64,000 nucleotides of DNA from Eledone cirrhosa (Eukaryota): positions 13,950,001 through 14,014,000 of the forward strand of contig OZ024760.1 in NCBI GenBank assembly GCA_964016885.1, read 5' to 3'. Of the stretch, positions 1 to 12,755 are shown piece after piece. How positions within the stretch are numbered: position 1 is the stretch's first letter; every line of letters starts with the position of its first letter. Made by a program: the position numbers and the translations under genes. Below the pieces are notes generated by a model. That model saw only the letters and a program-made list of their open reading frames with translations. It made no database searches and had not been told where the DNA came from.

Positions 1-14
1 ACTGTGTATGTATG

Positions 15-57
<43 letters not shown>

Positions 58-379
58 ATGTATACCCAGCTTCTGTAGTTTCCGCTCACGAAATGCCTCT
101 CACAAGTTAGTAGAAAACACACCTGAACTACTTGGTACCTAAGTGTATACACCCCAGTATTTTACCTGGGTGTGTATATTTAGGTGCAATGTAATTAAAA
201 ACTGGAATCTTTAATTTCGTTAAATTTATGCAAACAGTCTCTGACGAATTCTGCAGAAATTTGTATGTTTTGAAATAGATACTTCACAAACATCCACTGC
301 TACTTTCATTTTTCATACTATCAATCCTGATAGGAGGAAGTGTAAAAGTTTGTATTAAATATATAGTATTGTAAGTTAT

Positions 380-890
380 TTAGTTTGGTGAATTGGTAGA
401 GTGGTTAGAACGTCAGATAGAATGGTAGAGTGGTTAGAACGTCAGATAGAATGGTAGAGTGGTTAGAACGTCAGATAGAATGGTAGTCGTTAGAACGTCA
501 GATAGAATGGTAGAGTGGTTAGAACGTCAGATAGAATGGTAGTCGTTAGAACGTCAGATAGAATGGTAGTCGTTAGAACGTCAGATAGAATGGTAGAGTG
601 GTTAGAACGTCAGATAGAATGGTAGTCGTTAGAACGTCAGATAGAGTGGTAGAGTGGTTAGAACGTCTGATAGGATGGTAGAGTGGTTAGAACGTCAGAT
701 AGAATGGTAGAGTGGTTAGAACGTCTGATAGAATGGTAGAGTGGTTAGAACGTCAGATAGAATGGTAGAGTAGTTAGAACGTCAGACATAATTCATTGCT
801 GAGATCAAATGTAGCCGTGGTCAACTTTGCCTTTCATCCTTTCGAGGTCGATAAAAAAAGTACCAGTTTAGTACTGGGGATCGATTTTCC
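380..890 (+). mobile_element. tRNA-derived SINE with tandemly amplified 5' head
   Basis: Head gtttggtgaattggtagagtggttagaacgtcag, then body gagatcaaat...gtggtcaactttgcctttcatcctttcgaggtcgataaaaaaagtaccag...tactgggg. The same body recurs at 5712-5860, 12105-12190, 47400-47520 and elsewhere. Confidence 0.8.
392..787 (+). repeat. 29-bp minisatellite (agaatggtagagtggttagaacgtcagat, with 27-bp variants), ~14 copies
   Basis: Direct tandem repeats read from the sequence. Confidence 0.95.
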
Positions 891-1099
891 TCTAATATAG
901 CTTTCTAACTTTCATTCTTTCCCTATCTCTGTCCTTCTCTGTAAGAAAATTTGCTGTATTTAGACTTCTTGGAGAGGGATGAGCTCCGCCTGGTTATACA
1001 ATGGCCTAGAAACGCTGTATTGATATACGGGACCCCTGATACACTACCGGGAGTTACGAGACCTCTTTCGCTTGAGGTCCAAGCGGAGCATGGAGACAT

Positions 1100-1270
1100 T
1101 TTTTTCCATTGGTCTTTCATTTGCTGATATTATCAACTGGTTGCAACACCTGACTGATAGAACAGCGCGAAATAAAGTTTCTCTTTGAAGGCCATAATGC
1201 ATTGCTCGGTCAGGGAACCGAACTCGTAACCTCACGATTGCAAATTTAATTTTCTAACCAGTAAGCCTCA
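1100..1270 (-). mobile_element. degenerate SINE of a second family
   Basis: gaaataaagtttctc...gggaaccgaactcgtaacctcacgattgc...ctaaccagtaagcc is the reverse complement of a tRNA-like head (GGCTTACTGGTTAG...GAGTTCGGTTCCC). Confidence 0.55.
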
Positions 1271-1984
1271 CGTTTTCAATTTATATCTAAAAGAAAAAAA
1301 AGAATTATAGATTCTCTTTTCTCTGCCGTGTAATTGAATTGGATAACAACTCAATTTGTTACAATACTGAGTGGGTCTTTCTACTATGGAAACTAGCTTT
1401 CACATTTTAAAGTGTTCACTTTAAAATAATTACAAATCACAATTGATTGTTGCAGTAATTGGATGCGGCAGTGAATGGATTGGTGAACATAGTATTTCTA
1501 AGTTTGTGATGAATCCAGCCCTGGAGCTAGGTCGAAGCTATCATGTTTATACCGTTTAATACTAAGGATTGTTCAACCTTTTACCCGTCTCTATGTTTCC
1601 GTGTAATGATTAATATGTTTAAAACGACACGGACATTCTGCACTTCCTAACTCATTAAGAAATGATTGACAACTTAATTATAATTACAAGAATTACATCA
1701 GGAATAATTTATAGAAATTTAATGCAAAAGATTTTAAGGAAGAAAGCCATGAATTCTTGTCGTTTTCTGTAGTATCATGTTAAGTAGATTGTAGGGAGTC
1801 TGGGTGGAATTTGAGATTTTCCGTTTGGATTATATTTAGTCTTTCAACTTATGAGAGGATTCGTTCTTGAAATAGATCGCGTTGATTGTACAGACTAAAA
1901 TTTCATGAAATGGATTAAGATTATTAGATTGTTTAGCCGAAGATACATTACTTATGCAACGATAAAGTATTTAAGGAAAGGATA

Positions 1985-2019
<35 letters not shown>

Positions 2020-2059
2020 CCCGGGCGTCATAGGGTCGGTAACACATGTTTTGTGGTCA

Positions 2060-2240
2060 TCTCATCTCAAAGAAGCGTCAGTTGACCCAGTACTACCGAC
2101 CAAGCTCCTCTGCAAGATCTGAACGTCAGCTGCCCGTCTGAGGAAGGAGTACCGCGAGGTGGGGTGGCTGTTGCAGCGGGTCTCCCTGGCCATTCTCTTC
2201 GGAAATATTTTTGTTCGTGGGGTGCAGCTCCAACACGGCC
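2060..2240 (+). mobile_element. 3' fragment of a CRE-like (RLE) non-LTR retrotransposon
   Basis: Translates KLLCKI*TSAARLRKEYREVGWLLQRVSLAILFGN, resembling the CRE-clade C-terminal motif (E..WLFQRLS.AI.RGN); contains an internal stop. Confidence 0.55.
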
Positions 2241-2405
2241 AAGTTCTAAGCCCAGAGCCCATCACACTCTCCCCTTCTCCCTCCTTTTCTTCTGTGGCCC
2301 TAGAGTCTTTTCTTTCCCCCTCCTTTTCCTCTCATTTACTATCTTATAATAGAATAATTAATAATTTCATTACATCCGTCAATATGTATCATTAATTAAT
2401 TGATA

Positions 2406-5400
2406 TTAGGGTGGTGGATTGGCAGTATGGGTAGAGGGTCAGACACCATGCTAGGGTGGTGGATTGGCAGTATGGGTAGAGGGTCAGACACCATGCTAGG
2501 GTGGTGGATTGGCAGTATAGGTAGAGGGTCAGACACCATGCTAGGGTGGTGGATTGGCAGTATGGGTAGAGGGTCAGACACCATGCTAGGGTGGTGGATT
2601 GGCAGTATAGGTAGAGGGTCAGACACCATGCTAGGGTGGTGGATTGGCAGTATAGGTAGAGGGTCAGACACCATGCTAGGGTGGTGGATTGGCAGTATGG
2701 GTAGAGGGTCAGACACCATGCTAGGGTGGTGGATTGGCAGTATAGGTAGAGGGTCAGACACCATGCTAGGGTGGTGGATTGGCAGTATGGGTAGAGGGTC
2801 AGACACCATGCTAGGGTGGTGGATTGGCAGTATGGGTAGAGGGTCAGACCATGCTAGGGTGGTGGATTGGCAGTATGGGTAGAGGGTCAGACACCATGTT
2901 AGGGTGGTAGATTGGCAGTATGGGTAGAGGGTCAGATGCCATGTTAGGGTGGTGGATTGGCAGTATGGGTAGAGAGTCAGACACCATGCTAGGGTGGTAG
3001 ATTGGCAGTATGGGTAGAGGGTCAGACACCATGCTAGGGTGGTGGATTGGCAGTATGGGTAGAGGGTCAGACCATGCTAGGGTGGTGGATTGGCAGTATG
3101 GGTAGAGGGTCAGACACCATGTTAGGGTGGTAGATTGGCAGTATGGGTAGAGGGTCAGATGCCATGTTAGGGTGGTGGATTGGCAGTATGGGTAGAGAGT
3201 CAGACACCATGCTAGGGTGGTAGATTGGCAGTAAGGGTAGAGGGTCAGACACCATGCTAGGGTGGTGGATTGGCAGTAAGGGTAGAGGGTCAGACACCAT
3301 GCTAGGGTGGTGGATTGGCAGTATGGGTAGAGGGTCAGATGCCATGTTAGGGTGGTAGATTGGCAGTAAGGGTAGAGGGTCAGACACCATGTTCGGGTGG
3401 TGGGTTGGCAGTATGGGTAGAGGGTCAGACACCATGCTAGGGTGGTAGATTGGCAGTAAGGGTAGAGGGTCAGACACCATGCTAGGGTGGTGGATTGGCA
3501 GTAAGGGTAGAGGGTCAGACACCATGCTAGGGTGGTGGATTGGCAGTATGGGTAGAGGGTCAGACACCATGCTAGGGTGGTAGATTGGCAGTATGGGTAG
3601 AGGGTCAGATGCCATGTTAGGGTGGTAGATTGGCAGTAAGGGTAGAGGGTCAGACACCATGTTCGGGTGGTGGGTTGGCAGTATGGGTAGAGGGTCAGAC
3701 ACCATGCTAGGGTGGTGGATTGGCAGTATGGGTAGAGGGTCAGACACCATGCTAGGGTGGTGGATTGGCAGTATAGGTAGAGGGTCAGACACCATGCTAG
3801 GGTGGTGGATTGGCAGTATGGGTAGAGGGTCAGACACCATGCTAGGGTGGTGGATTGGCAGTATAGGTAGAGGGTCAGACACCATGCTAGGGTGGTGGAT
3901 TGGCAGTATAGGTAGAGGGTCAGACACCATGCTAGGGTGGTGGATTGGCAGTATGGGTAGAGGGTCAGACACCATGCTAGGGTGGTGGATTGGCAGTATA
4001 GGTAGAGGGTCAGACACCATGCTAGGGTGGTGGATTGGCAGTATGGGTAGAGGGTCAGACACCATGCTAGGGTGGTGGATTGGCAGTATGGGTAGAGGGT
4101 CAGACCATGCTAGGGTGGTGGATTGGCAGTATGGGTAGAGGGTCAGACACCATGTTAGGGTGGTAGATTGGCAGTATGGGTAGAGGGTCAGATGCCATGT
4201 TAGGGTGGTGGATTGGCAGTATGGGTAGAGAGTCAGACACCATGCTAGGGTGGTAGATTGGCAGTATGGGTAGAGGGTCAGACACCATGCTAGGGTGGTG
4301 GATTGGCAGTATGGGTAGAGGGTCAGACCATGCTAGGGTGGTGGATTGGCAGTATGGGTAGAGGGTCAGACACCATGTTAGGGTGGTAGATTGGCAGTAT
4401 GGGTAGAGGGTCAGATGCCATGTTAGGGTGGTGGATTGGCAGTATGGGTAGAGAGTCAGACACCATGCTAGGGTGGTAGATTGGCAGTAAGGGTAGAGGG
4501 TCAGACACCATGCTAGGGTGGTGGATTGGCAGTAAGGGTAGAGGGTCAGACACCATGCTAGGGTGGTGGATTGGCAGTATGGGTAGAGGGTCAGATGCCA
4601 TGTTAGGGTGGTAGATTGGCAGTAAGGGTAGAGGGTCAGACACCATGTTCGGGTGGTGGGTTGGCAGTATGGGTAGAGGGTCAGACACCATGCTAGGGTG
4701 GTAGATTGGCAGTAAGGGTAGAGGGTCAGACACCATGCTAGGGTGGTGGATTGGCAGTAAGGGTAGAGGGTCAGACACCATGCTAGGGTGGTGGATTGGC
4801 AGTATGGGTAGAGGGTCAGACACCATGCTAGGGTGGTAGATTGGCAGTATGGGTAGAGGGTCAGATGCCATGTTAGGGTGGTAGATTGGCAGTAAGGGTA
4901 GAGGGTCAGACACCATGTTCGGGTGGTGGGTTGGCAGTATGGGTAGAGGGTCAGACACCATGCTAGGGTGGTAGATTGGCAGTATGGGTAGAGGGTCAGA
5001 TGCCATGTTAGGGTGGTAGATTGGCAGTATGGGTAGAGGGTCAGATGCCATGTTAGAGTGGTAGATTGGCAATAAGGGTAGAGGGTCAGACACCATGTTC
5101 GGGTGGTGGGTTGGCAGTATGGGTAGAGGGTCAGACACCATGCTAGGGTGGTAGATTGGCAGTATGGGTAGAGGGTCAGATGCCATGTTAGGGTGGTAGA
5201 TTGGCAGTAAGGGTAGAGGGTCAGACACCATGTTCGGGTGGTGGATTGGCAGTATGGGTAGAGGGTCAGACACCATGTTCGGGTGGTGGGTTGGCAGTAA
5301 GGGTAGAGGGTCAGATGCCATGTTAGGGTGGTAGATTGGCAGTAAGGGTAGAGGGTCAGACACCATGTTCGGGTGGTGGGTTGGCAGTATGGGTAGAGGG

Positions 5401-5681
5401 TCAGATGCCATGTTAGGGTGGTAGATTGGCAGTAAGGGTAGAGGGTCAGACACCATGTTCGGGTGGTGGGTTGGCAGTATGGGTAGAGGGTCAGATGCCA
5501 TGTTAGGGTGGTGGGTTGGCAGTAAGGGTAGAGGGTCAGACACCATGTTAGGGTGGTAGATTGGCAGTAAGGGTAGAGGGTCAGACACCATGCTAGGGTG
5601 GTGGATTGGCAGTAAGGGTAGAGGGTCAGACACCATGCTAGGGTGGTGGATTGGCAGTATGGGTAGAGGGTCAGACACCAT
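2406..5681 (+). repeat. 42-bp G-rich minisatellite (tagggtggtggattggcagtatgggtagagggtcagacaccatgc), ~78 copies, with a 1256-bp higher-order duplication
   Basis: Direct tandem repeats. 2-bp deletion variants (cagaccatg) at ~2845/3068 recur at ~4101/4324, an offset of 1256. Confidence 0.97.
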
Positions 5682-5854
5682 ACATTGCAGTATAGTTACG
5701 GTCCTTTATGATCTGAGTTCAAATCCCGCCGAGGTCAACTTTTGCCTTTCATCCTTACGGGTTCGATAAAATAAAGTACCAGCCACGCCCTGGGGTGGAT
5801 TTAATCGACTTTTCCCTCTCCCAAAATTGCTGGCATTGTGCCTATATAAGAAAC
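2406..5854 (+). mobile_element. single SINE insertion with its head expanded into the 42-bp array
   Basis: The array runs directly into a SINE body (B box GTTCAAATC 5717-5725, then cgaggtcaacttttgcctttcatcc...aagtaccag). Flanked by the direct repeat cattaattaattgata at 2390-2405 and 5855-5870. Confidence 0.88.
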
Positions 5855-6796
5855 CATTAATTAATTGATACAGAGTTTCTTTCTTTAGAAACATGGTAAT
5901 AAAATGGTTAAATTCCACCATTGCAACAGTGCTAGTTTCTATTGAAATCTTGTATTCAGCTCTGGTAACTAACTTTAAGAGCAATGTTTATGTATTAAGG
6001 AGTACAGTTAATGTTTGTCAATGATTTATTGTGCAGTTAATTAGATGAAATTCTACTCCTTTAGTTTGTAAATAGCATCGTATCCATAGGATGTCATTGG
6101 AAAATAGAAGGAGCTCATTGATATTGGGGTAACTTTGACATACAACATTTGTGCTGGTGTTATTGCGACTTGAGTTATAACTAAATATTTGGGGGTTCTG
6201 TGGAGTGTATAATTTACATCGCTTTTCAACAACTACTCTCCGACTTTTGTTCAGCCTAACGGAAGACAAGACTTGCAGAAATATTGTTAGTTAGGTTTTT
6301 TTTTCTCTTTCTAATCTTCTTTTCAATACATCCGGTGTAAGGCAGAAAAATGTCATCTGCTTACTTTATTCCGTATTTATATTGAAATCCTTGGATGGAA
6401 AGAAGAATGATTTTTGCAACAGAGAACTTCGTTTCCGCTGCTCCGAACAAGTGTATATCTGAAAAGTCGTTAAAGGCTTTAAGTCAGTCATGCACAATGT
6501 GTATTTCGAAGTCACTCATGCATACACAAGGTCCCTGTTTCGATTTCTATACATTATACACAAATTGATACATTGAATCTCACAGAATATCACGATCGAA
6601 ATCGCTTTTCAAATAGACATAAATCATATAAGCCACGGCAAGAAACCACGAGCCTGAGACACGGTATAGAAAAACATTGAGTTCGTACCCTGCAATATAA
6701 TTTTCGTTAAGGTATTTTCTCCTGCAAAAAGCAAAATATATAACATATGTATACAAAATGTATATCATATAATGTAATATATAATATAATATATAC

Positions 6797-6809
6797 TCTA
6801 TATATATAA

Positions 6810-6895
<86 letters not shown>

Positions 6896-9131
6896 ATCCC
6901 TAAAACTCGAGAAGTACCCAACCGATCTTTTTCAAACTTTACATGTGTATTACTTATGTTTCAGGGAGTTTTATGAACATAAACAAATTCAACTCTTTGA
7001 TCCCCATTAGGTGAAAAACTGCGTTTTTTTCTTCAGCTTTTTAGGGGTCTTTTGAGGCGTTACGTCGGACCGATTTCCTTGAAATTGTAACTATGTATTA
7101 GTCAGTCTCTTCTTCATTCCGTGAGCAAAGAAAATCCAACTTGTTTATGGCCTAGGGCTCGCATTAGGTGAAAAACTTCATTTTTTTTCAATTTTTTAGG
7201 GCTTTTTTGAGGCTAGCCAATTTTCCCGAAATTTCAAAGCATATTATGCACATAAAAAAATTTCTTTTTTGGAATCGCCCCAAAAATCCCTACATAAACA
7301 TGCCACCCCCTACCCCCCGCTCGAACTTCACACAATTGCCTACGTCGTACCTTCCGACTGATGTCTACTGCCCAATCGTGACGGACTTACGACAGGTACC
7401 ATCTTCCCACAATTTACTCTGCGTGCAGAATTACCACTTCTTTGCCAGCCGTGGTTGTGGCAATACTAAGCTTAGCTAAGGCGTTCCAATTACCCCCACC
7501 CCGCTTAACGCCCTCGCTGCACCCCCACCCAATCTCCCCAACCGGTTAGGACGTTTCTATTTTCTTTTTTAAAATTTGTCTTTCTCATTACATAGACATC
7601 GTGCACATTGTTCTAGGGTGGGTGAGAAATACGACGTGGAGTTGCTCCTTACTTAACATTATACATTAGTGGAGCGAGTGAAATAAAGTCGATGTGCTGC
7701 GATTCAAAAATCCGGTTTGCAGGTTATATATTTCACACAACACTAAAACTGAAAACCGGTAAAGAAAAACATTGCTGTAAGCCGCAACAACCTTATATCA
7801 TTATTTTTTCGTTTTGATTTTATATTTTTATGCGAATTACTTAAGAAATAAAGTATTGTATATTTTATTTGTGTGTAAATTTTATATTTTGTAAGAATTA
7901 TAAATGATTTCTAATGATATTTATACAACTGTGAGTAAATACTTTCTATCAACACACTACAAGGCAGACTTTACGAGAACAAAACTTACTATTTTACCGC
8001 TTAGTTTTGTAGAAAATCTGTATATATAAAACAGAGGATGTCTCTCTGTGTGTATTACTTATGTTTCAGGGAGTGTTATGCACATAAACAAATTCAACTT
8101 TTTGATCCCCTAGGGCTCGCATTAGGTGAAAAACTGCGTTTTTTCAGCTTTTTAGGGATATTTTTGAGGCGTTACGTCAGACCGATTTCCTTGAAATTGT
8201 AACTATATATTAGTCAGTCTCTTCTTCATACCGTGAGCCGATTTTCCCGAAATTTCAAGGCATATTATGCACATAAAAAAAATTCATTTTTTGGAATCGT
8301 CCCAAAAAGTCTACATAAACATGCTTCCTCTCCCCCCCCGCTCAAACTTCACACAACTGCCTACGTCGTACCTTCCGACTGACGCCCAATAGTGACTTAA
8401 ACTCTACTTGCGACAGGTATCATCTTCCCACAATTCACTCTGCGTGCAGAATTACCACTTACGGCCCACTGCCTTCGGTTCTTCTCCTTCCCCAAACAGT
8501 TGGTAAGTGCGCACAACTTTTTCCTAACGTTTTAAGCAAATGTATTTAGCTGATAATAGCTTTAGTTTTCAGTGTTGCTTACCACCAGATCCTTACTTCT
8601 TTGCCAGCCGTGGTTGTGGCAATACTAAGCTTAGCTAAGGCGTTCCAATTACCCCCCCCTTAACGCTCTCGTTGCACCCCCACCCATTCTCCCCACCCCG
8701 TTACGACGGAACTCAGAGCCTAACCATTACACAGTCAACGGTTCGGAAATCGCAAGAGTTCGGGCTTCAGTTCACTGTCAAGTTATCTCTTGCTCTATGG
8801 GTGGATATTAGTGCATGTAAGCTGCCTGCTCGGATTTAAAAAAAAAATCCTCCTGGAATACACTGCGCGTTATTCCAGCCACTTATGGGCAGTCAGACAG
8901 TGCTCTATAGCAATTGCGTTATAGGCCTTACAGGTCACGCTACAGGCCTGCACACACGCCCTTTAAATTTTCTCCACGTGGAAGGAGAAGCACACCTAAT
9001 ACTAATTGCATCAGAGTACTCGGTTTATTTTCTTTACATATTTTCCAGGCATGGAGTTTCCACGATTAGGTCTGTTGGCGGCCCGTGTTCCAAAATACCT
9101 TATCCCGTGCCACTCCGGGTACCACTGTTAG
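6797..9131 (+). mobile_element. non-autonomous Helitron, compound with two 5' ends
   Basis: 5' TCTATATATATAAAA at 6797 and a second A|TCTGTATATATAAAA at 8017; 6940-7550 is duplicated at 8050-8705. 3' hairpin cccgtgccactccggg followed by gtaccactgTTAG|T at 9131; homologous to 46236-47010. Confidence 0.75.
6812..6894. repeat. (TG)n microsatellite
   Basis: Perfect dinucleotide run. Confidence 0.97.
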
Positions 9132-11943
9132 TATGTAATATAATATCAGTTAGTGTTGTTGTTGTATATCCCACGGTTATCTGACGGGGGATGAGTGTAT
9201 TCCAGTTAAAATATATGTATTGCACTTCTATTTTTGGAAGGTTTTTAAAGACCAACTTCAAAATCTCTCTCTCTCTCCTTTTTTTTCTGTCTTTCTCTAT
9301 CTCTTTTTCCCTTTCTTTCTCTCCACTTCTCTCTCTCACTGTCTCTTTCTCTCTCCCCTTCTCTCTCTCTCTCTCTCTCTGGTATTTTTGTTACATTGAA
9401 ACAAACAGCGCCATAAATTGTCTCCATATTCTCCATAGTAACCACAAGAACACAAGAGATGGCAATACTATATACGATCTATTAATAAAAACAAAAACAA
9501 AACACTAACAAACAAAACAAACAAAACAAAACAAATAGCGTTAAATGAACAAAAAGTGACAACTTATTTTACAACGACGCTAACAAGCACATCAAACACA
9601 TCAGCACAATCAGAGGCAAGTATATAAATGGCTTTTCGATAACATTGATTTTTGCTACTTCCTAAAGTTATTATTTGCACGGAGGAAAAAAAATGCTTTA
9701 TTCAATTTAAAGCATACAAAACTGTTGCATCATTAGTGTAAAAAAAATGTTGTTTTTTTGTAGGTTTTGGGGTATTTTTTTTTTTTTTTTTTTTCTTTTG
9801 GCGATTTTGGATGGGGAGGGTTCAGGAAAAAAATTATATATTTTAAAAATAGTGTCGTACTTCTATGAAAAAAGAAAGAAAAAAATCGTTGAAGTATTTA
9901 TTTACCTAAAAATATACGGCCATTTTCTCCGTATTGACCTTATTGTAGACAGAAAGGAATTCGTTGATTTTATAATGATACCACCACCATCTTGTTCCAG
10001 ATGGACAGAAGATAACGATCAGCTGGAATTAAATTATGTGAAGATATTCTTTTTAAAAAATAAAAAATATATTTATATATATATATAAATGTGGTGTTGA
10101 TGCATAAAGTGGAATCTACTTAAAGGAACTACATCTTTGATTTATTTTAGATTGTAGACGTGGCACGGTGGAATGGTTAAGATGTTCGCTTTTCAATCAT
10201 TAGGTAAATAAAAAGTACTAGTCATATCCTGGGGTGAATTCTTCCGCTTTATCTCTTTCTCACATCCTTTCTCTATCGTTCCCTGGAAGACTTAGAGAAA
10301 AGATAGGCTCTGCCAGGTTTTAAAAATGCCATAGAAATGATTGATGCCAATACGATCCCCCTACGACTTTCTTAGGAGTTACAGGACCATACATACATAC
10401 ATACAAATATAGTAACCGTCTAGTACTGGATCGATTCTTACTCTATATCTCTTTCTCACTTCCATTCTCTCTCTCCTTCTCTGGAAGAAATCTGCTGTAT
10501 TCAGACTTGGAGAGGAGATGGGTCCATACATACTTACATACATAAAAATAAATTTAACAGGCGGAAATGTTCGATGTCGATAAAATAAAGTACCAGTAAG
10601 GCATTTGGGTCGATTTAATAGACTTTCCCATCCCTCCCACAAATTTGTTTAGTCTTGTACCTAAATCAGAAACCATTAAATTGATAATAGCTTAAATTCC
10701 CAATCTATTGCAAAAATTAAACTTAGTAATATCGTAAGCTGGAACACGTTAGCTAAAGCGGTATCATGGATGTTCTGTTCCGTGAAAACCGAATCAGATA
10801 AATATAATTTGAATTTATAAAATGTAGGTAACCGCCATAGTTCTCTAGCGGGACTCATAGTTTTTCTTTCTTTCTCAGAGTGAAATCTATTAATTTACAA
10901 CGCTAATGTACAAAAACCTAACCGTATACCCTAGTTCTTAGAGAAACGGTATAAACTAAATTAAATTTTGTAAATTTAAGATAAAAGACATTAAAACCTT
11001 TTTAGATTCTAATGTAGTAAAAAAATGTATAATAAAGTGTAAAATGGATATGGTAAAAAATACAACACTTTGAACAAATATTGCAAAGCAATGATTAGTT
11101 TCTTTAATGGCCTCTAACGAGACCTGTATGAAACTTCTCAATTGTTTCTGCTACGAAAATCTGTAAGACTTTACAGTAAAATGTCTAAGTTGGAAAAATA
11201 TCTTCAATTCAATATTCTATTGCAGCACTTAGTACGCTTCAGTGCCTCATATTTCCAAAGGGTTGTTTTGTAGAGAGTCTTTCACATAATTTAATTACAT
11301 GTTAACAACTTACGATGTTCGCTTCTCAACAAATTAATCGAATTGAAAAGTTTACAAAGAAGACATACGTACAGTTACTTAGCAAAAGGCTACGATCGAT
11401 ATCTATATGACGTTAACTGCAATTGTGTTCGATAACAAACAGTTAGTAGTAAAAAAATAATACAAAATAAAACAAGACATAACAAAAAGGTTTTTTGGTC
11501 GTGTCTTTACAAGATGTTCTATACAGTGGGTGCTTTCTTAGGATTAAAGAAGTAAAATTGGTCTTTCTTCTATGTTTTGACGTACATTATAACTATTGAT
11601 GGGTGCTTTTCAAATATGTAGAATAAATGTAGAGTGATTTATATTTGTATAAAGTTCTACGAGCACAGGAAGATGCTAAGTGTTAACAAAACAACATTCA
11701 GAGCAAAAGAACGATGAAATATCAATAGAAATATATGAACAATTAGTTCCATTCTTTAAATCTGACGTATTATATCAATAACCTTATTGGCTGTAAATGT
11801 AATGAATTGGAGCAGTCGCTAGGTCGTCACATTATATATGTCGCTATTCGTTCCGGTTCACTTCTCTCTCACTTCAAATCATATCGAGGTCGATAAAAAA
11901 AGTACCAGTCTAATACTGGGGTCCATATAACATTGTAAATGAG

Positions 11944-12245
11944 TTAGTTTGGTGAATTGGTAGAGTCGTTACAACGTCGGATAGAATGGCAGTCGTTAGA
12001 ACGTCAGATAGAATGGTAGACTGGTTAGAACGTCAGATAGAATGGTAGAGTGGTTAGAAAGTCAGATAGAATACATCGCTGTATTAATTTCGGCTCTCTA
12101 CTCTCTGAGATCAAATCTTGCCGTGGTCAACTTTACCTTTCATCCTTTCGAGGTCAATAAAAAAAGTACCATTCCAGTACTGGGCTCGATTCTTTCCTAG
12201 AGATCAACTTTACCGTTCATCCTTTCGAGATCGATAAAAAAAGGT
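11944..12245 (+). mobile_element. SINE of the 380-890 subfamily with ~4 copies of the 29-bp head
   Basis: ttagtttggtgaattggtagagtcgttacaacgtcggatagaat repeated about four times, then gagatcaaatcttgccgtggtcaactttacc...aagtacc. Confidence 0.8.
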
Positions 12246-12269
12246 ACACAATGGGCCTACTTCAAAAGG

Positions 12270-12755
12270 GGGTTAGCATTTGAACCCCTCCAAGTACATA
12301 AAATGTTTCCCCCAGCTCAAAGTGGTATATGCTTTGAACAGTGGAAAGATCGCTAGGCTACGTGTTTGGCGACACAAGGGGCTGTCTTCGAAACAAGATT
12401 AGCAATTAAAGACCCTCCAAGTACATAAACCTTTTGCCCTTGCTCAAAGTTGGTCATCCTTTGAACTATGAAAAGATCTCTGGGCTTCAAATTGGGATTT
12501 GAATCCCTGCAAGTACATAACCCCCCCCTCTCCAGCTCAAAGTTGGACATGCTTTGAACCGAGGAAAGATCGCTGGGCTTCAAATTAGCATTTGAATCCT
12601 TCCAAATATATTAACTTTTTTTCCCCGCCTCAAAGTTGAATATGCTTTGAACAGTAGAAAGATCGTTGAACTACGTGTGTGGTGACACAAGAAGTCTACT
12701 TCGGAACAGGATTAGCATTTGAACTTGTTTCCCCAGCTCAAAGTTGAATACATTT
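12270..12755 (+). repeat. diverged ~90-135 bp tandem repeat, ~5 copies
   Basis: Recurrent tttgaacccctccaagtacataa...ccagctcaaagttgg..atgctttgaacagtggaaagatcgct. Confidence 0.8.

Noticed and set aside
236-290. CTGACGA...GAAA as a hammerhead
   Set aside because: Stems I and III cannot be formed.
2396-5681. Long ORFs MVSDPLPILPIHHPS / MLGWWIGSMGRGSDT as a repetitive protein, or the array as a CRISPR
   Set aside because: They are translations of a 42-bp (multiple of 3) SINE-derived minisatellite. There are no unique spacers or cas genes, and the context is eukaryotic.
5682-5730. tRNA gene
   Set aside because: A/B-box-like motifs belong to SINE heads; no cloverleaf can be formed.
6065-6135. Possible first coding exon MSLENRRSSLILG
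   Set aside because: Too short with a weak donor (gtaact); cannot be distinguished from chance.
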